A stretch of 64,000 nt of DNA from Octopus sinensis (lineage: Eukaryota): contig NC_043009.1 of assembly GCF_006345805.1 (NCBI RefSeq), positions 60,450,001-60,514,000 on the forward strand, in the 5' to 3' direction. Positions 36,995 to 50,449 of this stretch are shown one piece after another; position 1 is the first letter of the stretch; each line of letters opens with the position of its first letter. A model generated the notes under the pieces. That model worked only from the letters and a program-made list of their open reading frames with translations, searched no databases and was not told the DNA's origin. The translations under genes and the position numbers were made by a program.

Positions 36995-38502
36995 ACTAGC
37001 TGAGGTACCCAGTAATACCTGGTAGCAGGGATATTCCCAGTACCCATTACAATGCCTGATTTCTCTCAGACAAAAACTGAAATTAAGACATAAGGTGGAT
37101 AATAGAAGGTGTAAGCAAATTCATTCATGAAACAATAATACAAATAAATACATGTGGAAATGGAAAATGATAATTGTTTGGTCAGATGAGTGGAAAGCTG
37201 CAAATATATAATCAATGGAAACATCAAGAAGGGAATTGTAAAGGAGTGCTATGAAAAAAAAAAGAACATAAATGTTTGAAAAATAAACAAAAAATTATTT
37301 AGAAAAATAAACAAAAATTTATTTAGAAAAATGAGATTTTATATTTACAAAAATGGCTGGAGTCCAGAGGTGACAACATGGAAAGATGCTATGAGGAGAA
37401 AAAAAAAGTATACAAAAATGATGAAAATCATCATTTTTGGGCAAACTCTCTTGCAGCTTGAGAGAAAATTTTAAGTGTACATGCACTTAATTTGATGACT
37501 GTTTCATGGGTATAGTTCCACTGATCGTGGGAATCAAATATCAATTGCAATGGTTAGAACCGACAATTTTAAGTGAAGGTGTTAAGAAAATACATGTTGC
37601 AGGTTTTAGAACACAACGTTGCAATGTTTAGAATTGATAATTTTAAGTGCAGGTGTAAAGAAACTACATGTTACAGCAACCTGAGAATGCTGAAATAATT
37701 GATGAACATTTTCACCCCACAACAATTTAGGCCAAATATCGTTAATTGGTTAATTGAAAATCATCTTATGCTTTACTTGAGTGGCCTAGGTAAAAATTTA
37801 TTTGTCTCAACCCGTCCTTAGTGCATATTCTATCTGTGTATAAAGTTTAAAGAAAATTGGTTGAAAACTTTAAAAATTATGGCAGAAAATAACATTCATA
37901 TGAGAATTTGTATTGTAATGTCCTAGGCGCAGGAGTGGCTGTGTGGTAAGTAGCTTGCTTACCAACCACATGGTTCCGGGCTCAGTCCCACTGCGTGGCA
38001 TCTTGGGCAAATGTCTTCTGCTATAGCCCCGGGCCGACCAATGCCTTGTGAGTGGATTTGGTAGACGGAAACTGAAAGAAGCCTGTCATATATATATGTA
38101 TATATATATGTGTGTGTGTCTGTGTTTGTCCCCCCTAGCATTGCTTGACAACCGATGCTGGTGTGTTTACGTCCCCATCACTTAGCAGTTCGGCAAAAGA
38201 GACCGATAGAATAAGTACTGGGCTTACAAAGAATAAGTCCCGGGGTCGATTTGCTCGACTAAAGGTGGTGCTCCAGCATGGCCACAGTCAAATGACTGAA
38301 ACAAGTAAAAGAGTATAGATTTTTGGAAAATCAATGCTGATTAAAAGTTATTGATTTTTTTGAAATTCCAAGTGCGTAAGTGACTGCATGGGCATAAGCC
38401 CTACACACGTATCAGGTTTTATCAAGATCAGTTGGATAGTCTCGGAGGAGTTAAAGTAACAAATTCACAAACAGACAGAATTTGCCATTTATGTATATAG
38501 AT
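36995..38502 (+). mobile_element. Helentron/HINE-like non-autonomous element carrying a family A SINE (similar elements at 27697-28330 and 55213-56300)
   Basis: Starts ACTAGC...CCCAG...CTGG(G) hairpin and ends ...ACAAACAGACAGA...TTTATGTATATAGAT, the terminal pattern of these elements. Confidence 0.5.
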
Positions 38503-39006
38503 ATATTGCACCATGGATTGATGTATATCAGTTTTTAAATATACGAATGTGTCAATCATCAAAATATTAAAACATTAAAAATCTATGAATACTTAAATAT
38601 ATATAAATCTAATATACACACACATATGTTCTCTTTACTCTTTTACTTGTTTCAGTCATTTGACTGCGGCCATGCTGGAGCACCGCCTTTAGTCGAGCAA
38701 ATCGACCTCAGGACTCATTCTTTGTAAGCTTAGTACTTATTCTATCGGTCTCTTTTGCCGAACTGCTAAGTTACGGAGATGTAAACACACCAGCATCAGT
38801 TGTCAAGCGATGTTGCAGGGACAAACACACGCACATACATACACGACGGGCTTCTTTCAGTTTCTGTCTACCAAATCCACTCACAAGGCTTTGGTCAGCC
38901 CGAGTCTATAGTAGAAGACACTTGCCCAAGGTGCCACACAGAGGGACTGAACCCGGAACCATGTGGTTGGTAAGCAAGCTACTTACCACACAGCCACTCC
39001 TACGCC
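37926..39006. mobile_element. inverted pair of family A SINEs: 37926-38315 (+) and 38631-39006 (-)
   Basis: Two near full-length copies in opposite orientation ~315 bp apart. Confidence 0.9.
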
Positions 39007-39299
39007 TACTTATATATATATATAGACGAATGAGATCAAGTTACAACAGTATAGATGTATAAAAGTGTAGCTGTGTAATGATACATGTAGAGACATTTAG
39101 AATTACAATTGTAGTAAATGGCATTGTTAAAAATATTTAAGAATAGATAATCATTTTGGAGCCTGGTACAGCCTTCTGGCCTGCCAGTCCTCAGTCAAAA
39201 CATTCAACTCATGCCAGCATGGAAAGCAGACATTAAACAATGACGATAATGATTTCCTTAGAAGTGGGTGAATAAAATAAAGTCTTATGAAAAGAGCAA

Positions 39300-40350
39300 A
39301 TGGGGAAAATTTCTGAAGCTTGGGTTTTTGTTATTGTCTATGTGTTGGCTGAATGCTATTTTTCTGTTTTGGAGAATTTTGATATGGGATCTGTGAAGAG
39401 CCATTCTTTTACATAGACTGTTTTTTGTTTGGCCTATGTATTGCTCTTGACACCCAGAGCAGGTTAGTGCATATATCAGGTTCTCCGAAGTTACATGTGA
39501 AGTTGGTTTTCACTGTGAAACATTGTCCCTGTTTGAAGAACTCTGATCCCTCAAATAAATTGATATATATCTCACAATTGGGTCTTCTACATTTTTTTAC
39601 TGACGGCTTCTGTGTTGTTGTTGAGCGTATTCGGGCTTGTGTTAGGAGACTTTTCATAGATTGGGTTGTCTCTTGCTTTTTATGATGGTGTGTGCTTGGA
39701 GGATTAAGTTCATTCTGTGGTCCTTTTTTAGCAGGGGAATGTTTTGAAGGATGGTGTCAAAGGCTTCATTGTTGAGAGGGTTGTGTGTGGAGATGTATAG
39801 TAGGGCTTTTGGTTGTAAATCCTTCTTTAATTTAGGATGTCTGAGTTCTTGGATGTTGAGTTGAAAGGCACGTTGGAAGCATATGTCAATTGGTGAAGGT
39901 GGGTAGTTTCTGGTGATGAGTGTATCCCTTAGCTCATGTAGTCGTGTGTCTCTGGTGTTTGCACTAGAAACTATAGTACATATTCTTTTTGCTAGGTTGA
40001 AAGGGATATTCATTCTGGTGTGTCTGGGGTGGCATGAGTTGAACGGTAGATATTGCTTGGAGTCCGTAGGCTTATAGTATATATCTGTTTCTGTTACGTT
40101 GTTAGATTTCTTAATGAGGATGTCGAGGAAGGGAAGTTGTTGCTGGCTATATTCCATCGCATATATGCATATATACACCAATTCACACAGCTAAACAAAA
40201 AGGAATGCTGTGTGAATAATGGACAGAGTCAAAACTATTGAAAAGATGCAATGAAAATTTTAGAAAAATAAAAAAGAAGTTAGTGGAAATTTTACCAGTG
40301 AGTGTGTTAAATTATAAGGTACTAAAAGAGAATGACTCTGCTCAGAAAAA
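39300..40350 (-). mobile_element. Penelope-like element (Neptune-type) fragment: RT C-terminus, linker and GIY-YIG start (39300-40160), plus inverted terminal repeat (40232-40350)
   Basis: LPFLDILI...TDIYYKPTDSKQYLPFNSCHPRHT..NIPFNLAKRICTIVS, RQPNL, KCRRPNC, FTC and a frameshifted NLIY.L.C..C.EQYIGQT. Confidence 0.88.
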
Positions 40351-40353
40351 ACA

Positions 40354-40400
<47 letters not shown>

Positions 40401-40485
40401 GTATGTATGTATATATATTTATGTATGTATATATATATTTATGTATGTATATATATATACATGTATATATATGTATATATATATT

Positions 40486-40521
<36 letters not shown>

Positions 40522-40859
40522 GATATATATGTATGTAATATATATATATGTGTATATATTTATATTTATATATATGTGTGTATATATATATGTATATATA
40601 TATATGTATATAATATATATATGTATATATATATATGTAATATATATATGTATATATATATATGTATATATATATATGTATATATATATAATTTATATAT
40701 ATATATGTATATATATATTATATATATATATATATGTATATATATATGTATAATATATATATTTATATATATATATGTATATATATATGTATTTATATAT
40801 ATATATATTATTTATATATGTATATATATGTATATATATATTTATATATGTATATAAAT

Positions 40860-41850
40860 GTATGTGCATTTTTTTTCAGGTGTTTACAAATAACACAGAA
40901 ACAACACAAGTAACAAGGATGTAACAACCTATTTATAAAGGTAGAATCTCCAGGTTAAGCTGAAATGTTTTGTATAATATAGATAAATATATAAACGGAG
41001 TTAAACATAGGTAATATTCAAATTCTTTTACTTCCGACATATGTTTCGAAGACAACATAGGTATTATTTCAGAAGGAATAAAATGGTGTAACATTACTTC
41101 TGGTTCTGACGATGTTTTTTTATATAGGTAGTTCTTCATCTCAGTTGTCCAAAAGAATATCTAATCATTACTCTACATTTAGGCATATCAGTAAATGTAA
41201 CAATACAGGGCTTAGTAAATTAATCTGGTATCTAAAAGATCATAATAAACAATTTTACTTGGAATAGAATATTCTCTCTATCTATTTGCCATACGATAAA
41301 GATAAACATTTCTGCTCGCTTTGTAATAGCGAGATGTTTTATATTCTATTCTCAAAGAATCCCCTTGTAAACATGTTTATAGAATGTTTATCATTGCAAA
41401 CATTAGCAGAAACATACCTTTAGTTCCTATAAGTGATTTCTACCATTCAATATAATTTGACCCTTGATTGTCTTCTTACATTTCGCCTCCACTAAATAAT
41501 TTAATTCCGCACCTATCACTCTATACTTCTCCACTATAAGTTTTCTGCTATTTTCTCTCTTCCTCCTCCTTCTCTTTCTATATGCTACCTTTGGCATTAT
41601 ATCTACTCACGGTTTTTAAAAAACAAACTTAATAGCGTTCTATTCATCATTATACACAGTCATCACATTCCGTTAAAATGTCTTATTGACGTCTTTGGTT
41701 TCTTTCTTTCCCTGATGAGAAGATTGCATTGTTTTACACTATTTTATTCCTTCTGGAATAATACCAATGTTGTCTTCGAAACATATGTCAGAAGTAAAAG
41801 AATTTGAATAGCTCCTGCGTTTAACTTCATTTGTTTATTTATCTATTTAT
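40860..41850 (+). mobile_element. short Penelope (Naiad-like) 3' fragment: inverted terminal repeat (40860-41095), GIY-YIG C-half (41110-41420), 3' repeat with hammerhead
   Basis: YIG at 41121 followed by SSSSQLSKRISNHYSTFRH...TGLSKLIWYLKD...CSLCNSE. Segment 41735-41850 is the reverse complement of 40980-41090. A second copy of the inverted part lies at 43715-43975. Confidence 0.82.
41708..41794 (+). ncRNA. minimal type I hammerhead motif with long stem II
   Basis: TTCC-CTGATGA-GAAGA...(49 nt)...TCTTC-GAAA-CATATG-TC-aGAA has a canonical G-C stem II closure, a palindromic stem III and a GUC triplet. The inverted copy at ~41030 reads TC-GGAA, which restores stem I. Confidence 0.7.
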
Positions 41851-41859
41851 GTATATAAA

Positions 41860-41890
<31 letters not shown>

Positions 41891-42344
41891 TTATATGTGT
41901 ATATGTATATATACATATATATATATAAACATATGTTTATATATATGTATATATATATATGTGTATATATGTATTTATATATATATGTATATATATACAT
42001 ACATATATGTATATATATATATGTATGTATATATATATATATGTATATATGTATATACATATATATATGTATATATATGTATATATGTATATACATAGAT
42101 ATATGTATATATATGTATATATATGTATATATATGTATGTATGTATATACATATATATATGTATATATAGATGTATATATATATATTTACATATGTATAT
42201 GTATATATATGTATAATTGTATGTAATATATGTATGTATATATATATATGTATGTATATATATATGTATGTTATATATATATGTATGTATATATATCTGT
42301 ATATATGTATGTATATAATATGTATGTATATATGTATATATATG

Positions 42345-42375
<31 letters not shown>

Positions 42376-42712
42376 GTATATATATATATGTATGTATATA
42401 TATATATATGTATTATTATATATATATATGTATGTATATATATATATGTATGTATATATATATGTATGTATATATATATATATGTATATATATATATGTA
42501 TGTATATATAATGTATATATATTATATATATAATGTATATATATGTATATATATGTGTATATATATGTATATATATATATATATATATGTATGTATATAT
42601 ATATGTATATATATCTATATATATATGTGTATATATATGTATATATATGTGTATATATAGGTATATATATATATAGTATATATATGTGTATATAAATATA
42701 TATATGTATATA

Positions 42713-42773
<61 letters not shown>

Positions 42774-42828
42774 GGAGATGTACTCGCATAGCAAGTAATT
42801 TGATCTGAGATCGTGTGCTGAAATGAAA

Positions 42829-43020
42829 ACAATTGCAGCATGGAAGGTGTTTATAAGCCATTTAAGAAACACACGAAAGCCGTTCGATTCACTTCAACAT
42901 TTAAGTTTAATTGTCAAAATATTTTTGTCGCTAAAACCGCGACCTGTTCACTGACAAAAATCCGTGCTGGCTTTTGTGTGTTTCTTAAATGGCTTATAAA
43001 CACTTCCACGCTGCAATTGT
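42829..43020. repeat. inverted repeat (~55-bp arms) within (TA)n, probable Penelope terminal remnant
   Basis: ACAATTGCAGCATGGAAGGTGTTTATAAGCCATTTAAGAAACACAC ... GTGTGTTTCTTAAATGGCTTATAAACACTTCCACGCTGCAATTGT. Confidence 0.8.
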
Positions 43021-43105
43021 ATATATATATATATATATTATATATATTATATATATATGTATGTATATATGTATTGTATGTATATAGTATATGTATGTAT
43101 ATATG

Positions 43106-43165
<60 letters not shown>

Positions 43166-43542
43166 AATATATGTGTGTATATATATATATGTATATGTGT
43201 ATAATATGTATATAAATATATGTATATATATATATATATGTATATAAATATACGTATATATATATATATATGTATATAAATATATGTATATATATATATA
43301 TATGTATATAAATATATGTAATATATATATATATATATATATGTATATAATATATGTATATATATATATTATATAAATATATGTATATATATATAATATA
43401 TATATGTATATAAATATATGTATGTATATATATATGTATATAAATATATGTATGTATATATATATATGTATATAAATATGTGTATAATATATATGTATAT
43501 AATATATGTATATATATATATATGTATATAAATATATGTATG

Positions 43543-43577
<35 letters not shown>

Positions 43578-44016
43578 GTATATAAATATATGTATGTATA
43601 TATATATATATATGTATATAAATATATGTATGTATATATATATATATATATGTATATAAATATATGTGTGTATATATATATATGTATATATATACTTATA
43701 TATAATTATATAAATGTATGTGCATTTTTATTCAGGTGTTTACAAATAACACAGAAAAAATATATAAACAGTTACCAGGGTAGCAAAAAATCACACAAGT
43801 AACAAGAATGTAACAACCTATTTATAAAGGTAGAATCTCCAGTTTAAGCTGAAATGTTTTGTATAATATAGATAAATAAATAAACGGAGTTAAACATAGG
43901 TGTTATTCAAATTCTTTTACTTCCAACATATGTTTCGAAGACAACATAGGTATTATTCCAGAAGGAATAAAATGGGTTACCGTCAGAGGTAACCCATAGT
44001 GCCTATGTCCTAAGGT

Positions 44017-44340
44017 GAAGGCGCGTGGCTTAGTGGTTAGGGCATTCGACTGACGATTGTAAGGTCATGAGTTCGATTCCCAGCAATGCGTTGTATCCTT
44101 GAGCAAGACATTTTATTTCATGTTGCTCCAGTCCATTCAGCTGGCAAAAATGAGTTGTACCTTTATTTCAAAGGGCCAGCCTTGTCACACTCTGTGTCAC
44201 GCTGAATCTCCCTGAGAACTACGTTAAGGGTACGCGTGTCTGTGGATTGCTCAGTCACTTGCACGTTAATTCCACAAGCAAGCTGTTCCGTTGATCGTAT
44301 CAGCTGGGACCCTCGTTGTCGTAACCGACAGAGTGCTCCA
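44017..44340 (+). mobile_element. tRNA-derived SINE, head D plus tail T1, with TSD
   Basis: GAAGGCGCGTGGCTTAGTGGTTAGGG...GAGTTCGATTCCC...CAGCTGGCAAAAATGAGT|TGTACC...GAGTGCTCCA, flanked by AT(G/A)TCCTAAG on both sides. Confidence 0.87.
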
Positions 44341-44864
44341 ATATCCTAAGCCAGTCAGAATGGACTTATCACCCATGACTGCTACCTCCCATGGTTTTTC
44401 TCCTACTTTTACAGCAGCACTGAAGTGTCCTCTCCACTTTTGCGCAGGCCTGGGCTAGATATAAGAAAATCCTGGGTAGCCCAATCATCAGGATTCCTAA
44501 CTCAACCTTGCTGGTGTAGTCCAAAGGTGTGCAGAGCATTACGTTTGGCACCAGCTTGGTTACAGGAGCTGCCAGAAGAGTGTCGAGTCGAACACTAAAC
44601 CACCTACAGGGCTACACTCTGGATTTCTTTGAAGGGTGTGTCCTTTCTGTAACCCTGGATAGGGGCTGATACCAGGTACTGTCAGCCGGAGCCAGCTGAG
44701 CCTGGGATTCATGTCAGACAGTGTTGTCATTCCTTGAAGTAGTGAAGAAAATTGCTACCCGCTATATATATATGTGTATGTATGTATGTATATATATTTA
44801 TATACATGACGGTGCCCCAGCATGGCCACAGCTTGTGAGCTGAAACTAAATAAATAAATATATG

Positions 44865-44902
<38 letters not shown>

Positions 44903-44932
44903 GTATATATATATTATATATATATATATATA

Positions 44933-45001
<69 letters not shown>

Positions 45002-45290
45002 GTATGTATATATATATATAATATATATGTATGTATATATATATATATGTATGTATTATATATAGTATGTATATATGTATGTATATATATATATGTATGT
45101 ATATATGTATGTTATATATATATATAATGTATGTATATATGTATATTATATATATATGTATGTATATATATATGTATATATATATATGTATGTATATATA
45201 TATATGTATGTATATATATAGTATATATATATATATATGTATGTATATATATATATGTATGTATTATATATATATGTATATATATATATA

Positions 45291-45324
<34 letters not shown>

Positions 45325-45406
45325 GTATATATATATGTATATATATATGTGTGTATATATATATATATATACACACATATATATATATATATATATATGT
45401 GTGTGT

Positions 45407-46006
45407 TATTTAGAGATAGTAGTCCCCTTCATCCCACCATATAAAAGAATTATAATTGAATTTAATACTTACTACTCATTTCTCTGCTACACCTGTTTCT
45501 TGAGGTTCTTTTATGGTTTCTTAAGCATGCAGTGTTCTCCAGGAACCTTTCTTGAAATGTAACCCCAATCATCAGGTCTTTGAATAACTTTATCATAGTT
45601 CGATACCAAATACTATGTTTTAATTTTAGCATATAAGTATGTGTAAATAGGTTCACCGAACCTTACTGTGCAAGTCATAATTTAATTTTATTATTTTTAT
45701 TTTTATTAATTTTATTTGAATTAAATTATGGCTTGCACAGTAAGGTCCGGCGAATCTATTTACACATACGCTTACTTATCTGTTAAAATTAGAATATAGT
45801 ATTTGGTATCGAACTATGATAAAGTTATTTAGAGGCCTGATGATTGGGGCTACATTTTAAGAAATGTTCCTGTAGAACACTGCGTGCTTAAGGAACCATA
45901 AAAAAAACTTCAAGAAACACGTGCAGCTGAGAAATGAGTAGTAAGTATTAAATTAAATCAAAATTCTTTTATATGGTGTGATGAAGGGGACTACTATCTC
46001 TAAATA
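45407..46006. repeat. ~600-bp fold-back (two ~285-bp arms, ~30-bp AT loop)
   Basis: TATTTAGAGATAGTAGTCCCCTTCATC...CCTTACTGTGCAAG / CTTGCACAGTAAGG...GATGAAGGGGACTACTATCTCTAAATA. The arms contain CTGATGA...GAAA. Confidence 0.88.
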
Positions 46007-46216
46007 AAAAATATATATTTCCTCATTGAGAATAATTTGAACCCCTGTGATGCTGGAATTTTTATTCCCTAATAAATAATATATATATATATATATATAT
46101 AATATATATATATATGATTATAATAATTATTTGAGGGAATATTATTCCTAACTTACAAGGAAAAATTCAATTTAGAAATACTAAATCAAATTTCCCAAAA
46201 TATAATATATATATGT

Positions 46217-46521
46217 AAATTAGAAAAAAAACACCTTTTATCAATTCAAAATGAACAATTAGATTACACCATCTAGAAAATTACATATAATAGAAATATT
46301 AAAAATATAATAACAATAATATACTGATGATTAAGTAAATTGCAAAATAATAATAAAAACGTATATATTTGGTATAAAATCTATATACCAAATATTTACG
46401 TTTTTATTATTATTTTGCAATTTACTTAATCATTGGTATATTATTGTTATTATATTTTTAATATTTCTATTATATGTTAAATTATTCATTTTGAATTGAT
46501 AAAAGGTGTTTTTTCTAATTT
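46217..46521. repeat. ~300-bp AT-rich hairpin
   Basis: AAATTAGAAAAAAAACACCTTTTATCAATTCAAAATGAA...TATTTGGTATA / TATACCAAATA...TTCATTTTGAATTGATAAAAGGTGTTTTTTCTAATTT. Confidence 0.88.
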
Positions 46522-46574
<53 letters not shown>

Positions 46575-46593
46575 GTATATATGTGTGTGTATG

Positions 46594-46631
<38 letters not shown>

Positions 46632-46687
46632 CATTTGTGTACATGTATATATATATATATGTGTATATATATGTGTGTGTATGTATG

Positions 46688-46723
<36 letters not shown>

Positions 46724-46802
46724 ATATGTGTATATATATATATATATATGTGTATATATATATGTGTGTGTATATATATATATATATATGTGTGTGTGTA
46801 TG

Positions 46803-46834
<32 letters not shown>

Positions 46835-47753
46835 ACATTGTCAGTTTAATCCAAATTGGTGAAATAACTGAGCAACTGAAAAAATTTTAGCTGTTAAAAA
46901 CTGCCAAACCAAATTAAACATTAGACATTCATTCATTCAACCAAGGTCGTCATCATTGAATATTCGATTTACTTTATAAGAATGAGATATAAAACAATAC
47001 CATACTAATCCCGTATTTTTGGTAATTTGGAATTTACATATAATAAAGAACCCAAAACCTAAAATTAAAAATGAGTAAATTTATCCACAAATATTGATGA
47101 CGTCACTGGATATCGAAAGAACAAATACTGCAGACAATTATTCTTTGTTATACATATTTCAATTATTAATTACAATAATTTTTTAATTAGTTATACAATA
47201 AGGTTAATTGCTGGTAAAATATTTCATATAATGAGTAGGTAATTAATTATAATGATGTAAATTATCTAAATTTCGATTAAGCATATCATAGAATTCTTAT
47301 CTATGATGTTTATTCTTTAATTATCCACTGAGATCATTAAAAATTGTATATATTATTAATTATGATAAGTTTTTAATTATTATATGATGATCTTAATTCC
47401 TATAATGAAGTATAATATAATAAGTAAATAGGTATTTAATTATCTGCTATTGTTAATCTTTAATTATTCAGCATAGTTATCAATAATTGTACATAGTATT
47501 AATTATAATAATTCTTTTAATTATTATATAATAATTTTGATCCCTATATAAGAGTGTATTATAATGAATAAATAGTTATCTTTTCTGTAATTTTTATTTT
47601 TTAATTATCTAATGAGGTCCACGGTGATTGTTGAATATAATAATTTTTCAGTTATTATATAATAAGATTAATTCCTCTAGATGGATTCATTTTCTTAAAT
47701 AAATAAGTAATTAATTATTGTGATGTTAAGTATCTAAAGTTTTGTTAAGCATT

Positions 47754-48164
47754 ACTCTTTTACTTGTTTCAGTCATTTGACTGTGGCCATGCTGGAGCAC
47801 CACCTTTAGTCGGGCAAATCGACCCCGGGACTTATTCTTTGTAAGCCTAGTACTTATTCTATCGGTCTCTCTTTTGCCGAACCGCTAAGTGACGGGGACG
47901 TAGACACACCAGCATCGGTTGTCAAGCAATGCTAGGGAGACAAACACAGACACACAAACACACACACATAATACATATATATATATATATATACATATAT
48001 ATGACAGGCTTCTTTCAGTTTCCGTCTACCAAATCCACTCACAAGGCATTGGTCGGCCCGAGGCTATAGTAGAAGACACTTGCCCAAGGTGCCACGCAGT
48101 GGGACTGAACCCGGAACCATGTGGTTGGTTAGCAAGCTACTTACCACACAGCCACTCCTGCACC
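47754..48164 (-). mobile_element. SINE family A, full length
   Basis: Complete reverse-complement copy ending ~170 bp before the 48338 exon. Confidence 0.9.
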
Positions 48165-48337
48165 TATTATGTAGAATTATTATTTGTAGTTTTTATTCTT
48201 TAGTTATCTATTAAGCATAGCAAAGAATTCTTGTCTGCAGTTTTTGTTCTTCAAATATCCTGTGACATTATCAATATTTGTTGCTAAATATACTCATTTA
48301 TACTCATTTATTATGTTTGGGGTTTTTTTCTATGTAG

Positions 48338-48362
48338 ATTTCCCCAACACACATATCTTTAA
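48338..48362 (+). CDS. candidate receptor micro-exon (25 nt), 1 nt out of phase
   Basis: TTTTTTTCTATGTAG| ... TTTAA|GTAAGC with a 75-nt intron to the next exon. It resembles exon 53155-53190 (ACACATATCT...TTTAA). It fits the frame only if 24 nt long or preceded by an unseen phase 1-0 exon. Confidence 0.45.
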
Positions 48363-48437
48363 GTAAGCTTTTTTTCCTGTTTAATTATATTCAATCCTGT
48401 AAACTGATTTTGTTGTTTTGCTTAAATTTCCTTAAAG

Positions 48438-48629
48438 GAGATCAAATAAAACGTTTCGCTCCTGGTGAAGTACAAGAATGCCCTCACAATGTTTCTGTCT
48501 GTGGAAAAAATATTCAACCAACCAAAACAGTTGTTGGCACTGAATTTGAGGAATCACTATTTGGCCATCGTATTCATTTTAAATGTCAAAGCAGCGGCGA
48601 ATGGCAATATGATTATCAATGTGCAAATG
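48438..48629 (+). CDS. receptor gene exon: Cys-rich sushi/CCP-like module 2 (192 nt, phase 1-1)
   Basis: TTTCCTTAAAG| ... AATG|GTAAGT. It encodes RDQIKRFAPGEVQECPHNVSVCGKNIQPTKTVVGTEFEESLFGHRIHFKCQSSGEWQYDYQCAN and aligns with module 1. Confidence 0.87.
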
Positions 48630-50243
48630 GTAAGTAAGAATAACAATTTTCTTACATATCTATGGTGGTGGTGATGTTGAGAAAGTAGTTATATATCAGA
48701 CATAAGTAGGAATTAGAGATTTATATGATGTCCTCACTGTCTGTTCAATTCTTTTCTGTTTTCAGTTTCTCAATACGTTCACTTAGATCTAGGCATTGCA
48801 TCACATAAACATGAGTATATATGTGTGTCGATGTACATGTTTGTGTTTGTATGAGCTATGCCTACAATTGATAAGGTAATCTGTATAGCAGTAATTATTG
48901 TTAATACTGGTTTTCACTAACAGTCTAAACTACAACTTAAAACGCTCAACTCTGTATGGATTACCTTACAACAAGTGTGTTTGAAAAGCTGGAAACAGCG
49001 AAAAGTGCTTACACAAAAGCTTCCTTCCATTAGGCCTGTGTTACTCTGTCATTTTTTAAAAACGTTTTATTTTATATATAATTAATATTTTTTAATTAAA
49101 GAAAGTATTTTTTCAAACATTCACACACACACACACAAACACACATGTAGCTGAATTATTTATTTACATAGGTGCATTTTGCCCTATGACATAAAGGGTT
49201 TGATCCCACTATGTGGTATCTTGGACAAATATCCTTTTCTATGGCTTTGGGTCAGTCTACATTTTGTGAGTGAAATCTCATGGATAAAAACTGTACAGAA
49301 CCCTGGTAAAGAGATTGTATCAATGATTCAAAAATTGCACTGGGGTCCATGTAATCAACTTAATCCCTTTGTCTGTCCATGTGACTTGTGGGCTACCCAG
49401 GCATCTCATTGCCGTTATCTATCTCTTGCAGCTCCTACTTTTCTATTTCTCTTTCTCCCCACTTCCCTACTAGATCTTCGTAATCATGCATATCCTCACG
49501 AAGAATCTGTCCCCACCCACCTCATAGTTCACTATCATGAAGCTGACACCCCCACCACCACACTGGGTTTGCCATTCTTCTAGCTGCATTGCAGCCTCAA
49601 CAATGCAGGTGGTATGAAAACACAGCACCCTTACCACTAGGTAAAGTGATTGACATTAGGGACATCATCTGATCATAGAAACCATAGCAAAACGGCGATG
49701 AGCTGGCAGAAACATTAGCACACTGGGCAAAATGTTTAGCGGTATTTCGTCTGCCGTTACGTTCTGAGCTCAAATTCCGCCGAGGTCGACTTTGCCTTTC
49801 ATATTTTCAGGGTCGATAAACTAAGTATCAGTTATGCACTGGGGTCCATGTAATCGACTTAATCACTTTGTCTGTCCTTGTTTGTCTCCTCTATGATTAG
49901 CCCCTTGAGGGCAATAAAGAAATAAGAAACCATAGCAAAATGGATGTTGGAGTGTGATGCAGTCCTTGAACTCATCGGATCCTGTCAAACCATCCAACCC
50001 AAGCCAGAATGGAATACAGGCATTGACTGCTAATGACAGTCTTCTAACACACTGGACTGCAATGAATCTGCCTGAGAATTATATTAAATATACACTTGTC
50101 TGTAGAATACTCAGCCACCTATGCATTAATTCAAGGGGAGGTAATTCAGTTGAGGTCAAGCAGTTGACTCCTAATAGTCACATGATGTTGTCGTTCCGAC
50201 CACATGGTTTTGGTTTCAGTCCCTCTATGTAGCATTTTGAATA

Positions 50244-50405
50244 GGCGCAGGAGTGGCTGTGTGGTAAGTAGCTTGCTAACCAACCACATGGTTCCGGGTT
50301 CAGTCCCACTGCGTGGCATCTTGGGCAAGTGTCTTCTGCTATAGCCCCGGGCCGACCAATGCCTTGTGAGTGGATTTGGTAGACGGAAACTGAAAGAAGC
50401 CTATC

Positions 50406-50449
<44 letters not shown>

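Noticed and set aside
40880-40940. Exon-like TTTTCAG|GTGTTTAC...AAAG|GTAGAA (second copy 43736-43829)
   Set aside because: It has stops in all three frames and is contiguous with the inverted Penelope terminal repeat, so it is best explained as element sequence.
43970-44760. GC-richer segment with hairpin ATGGGTTACC/GGTAACCCAT around the SINE, possibly an RTE 5'UTR or ribozyme
   Set aside because: I could not fit an HDV-like or hammerhead fold or a coding motif by eye, so it is left unassigned.
47140-47750. AT-rich region with loosely repeated ATTAATTA.AATAA.TTTTAATTA motifs
   Set aside because: The period is irregular and the sequence too degenerate to define a unit. It is probably an old decayed tandem repeat.
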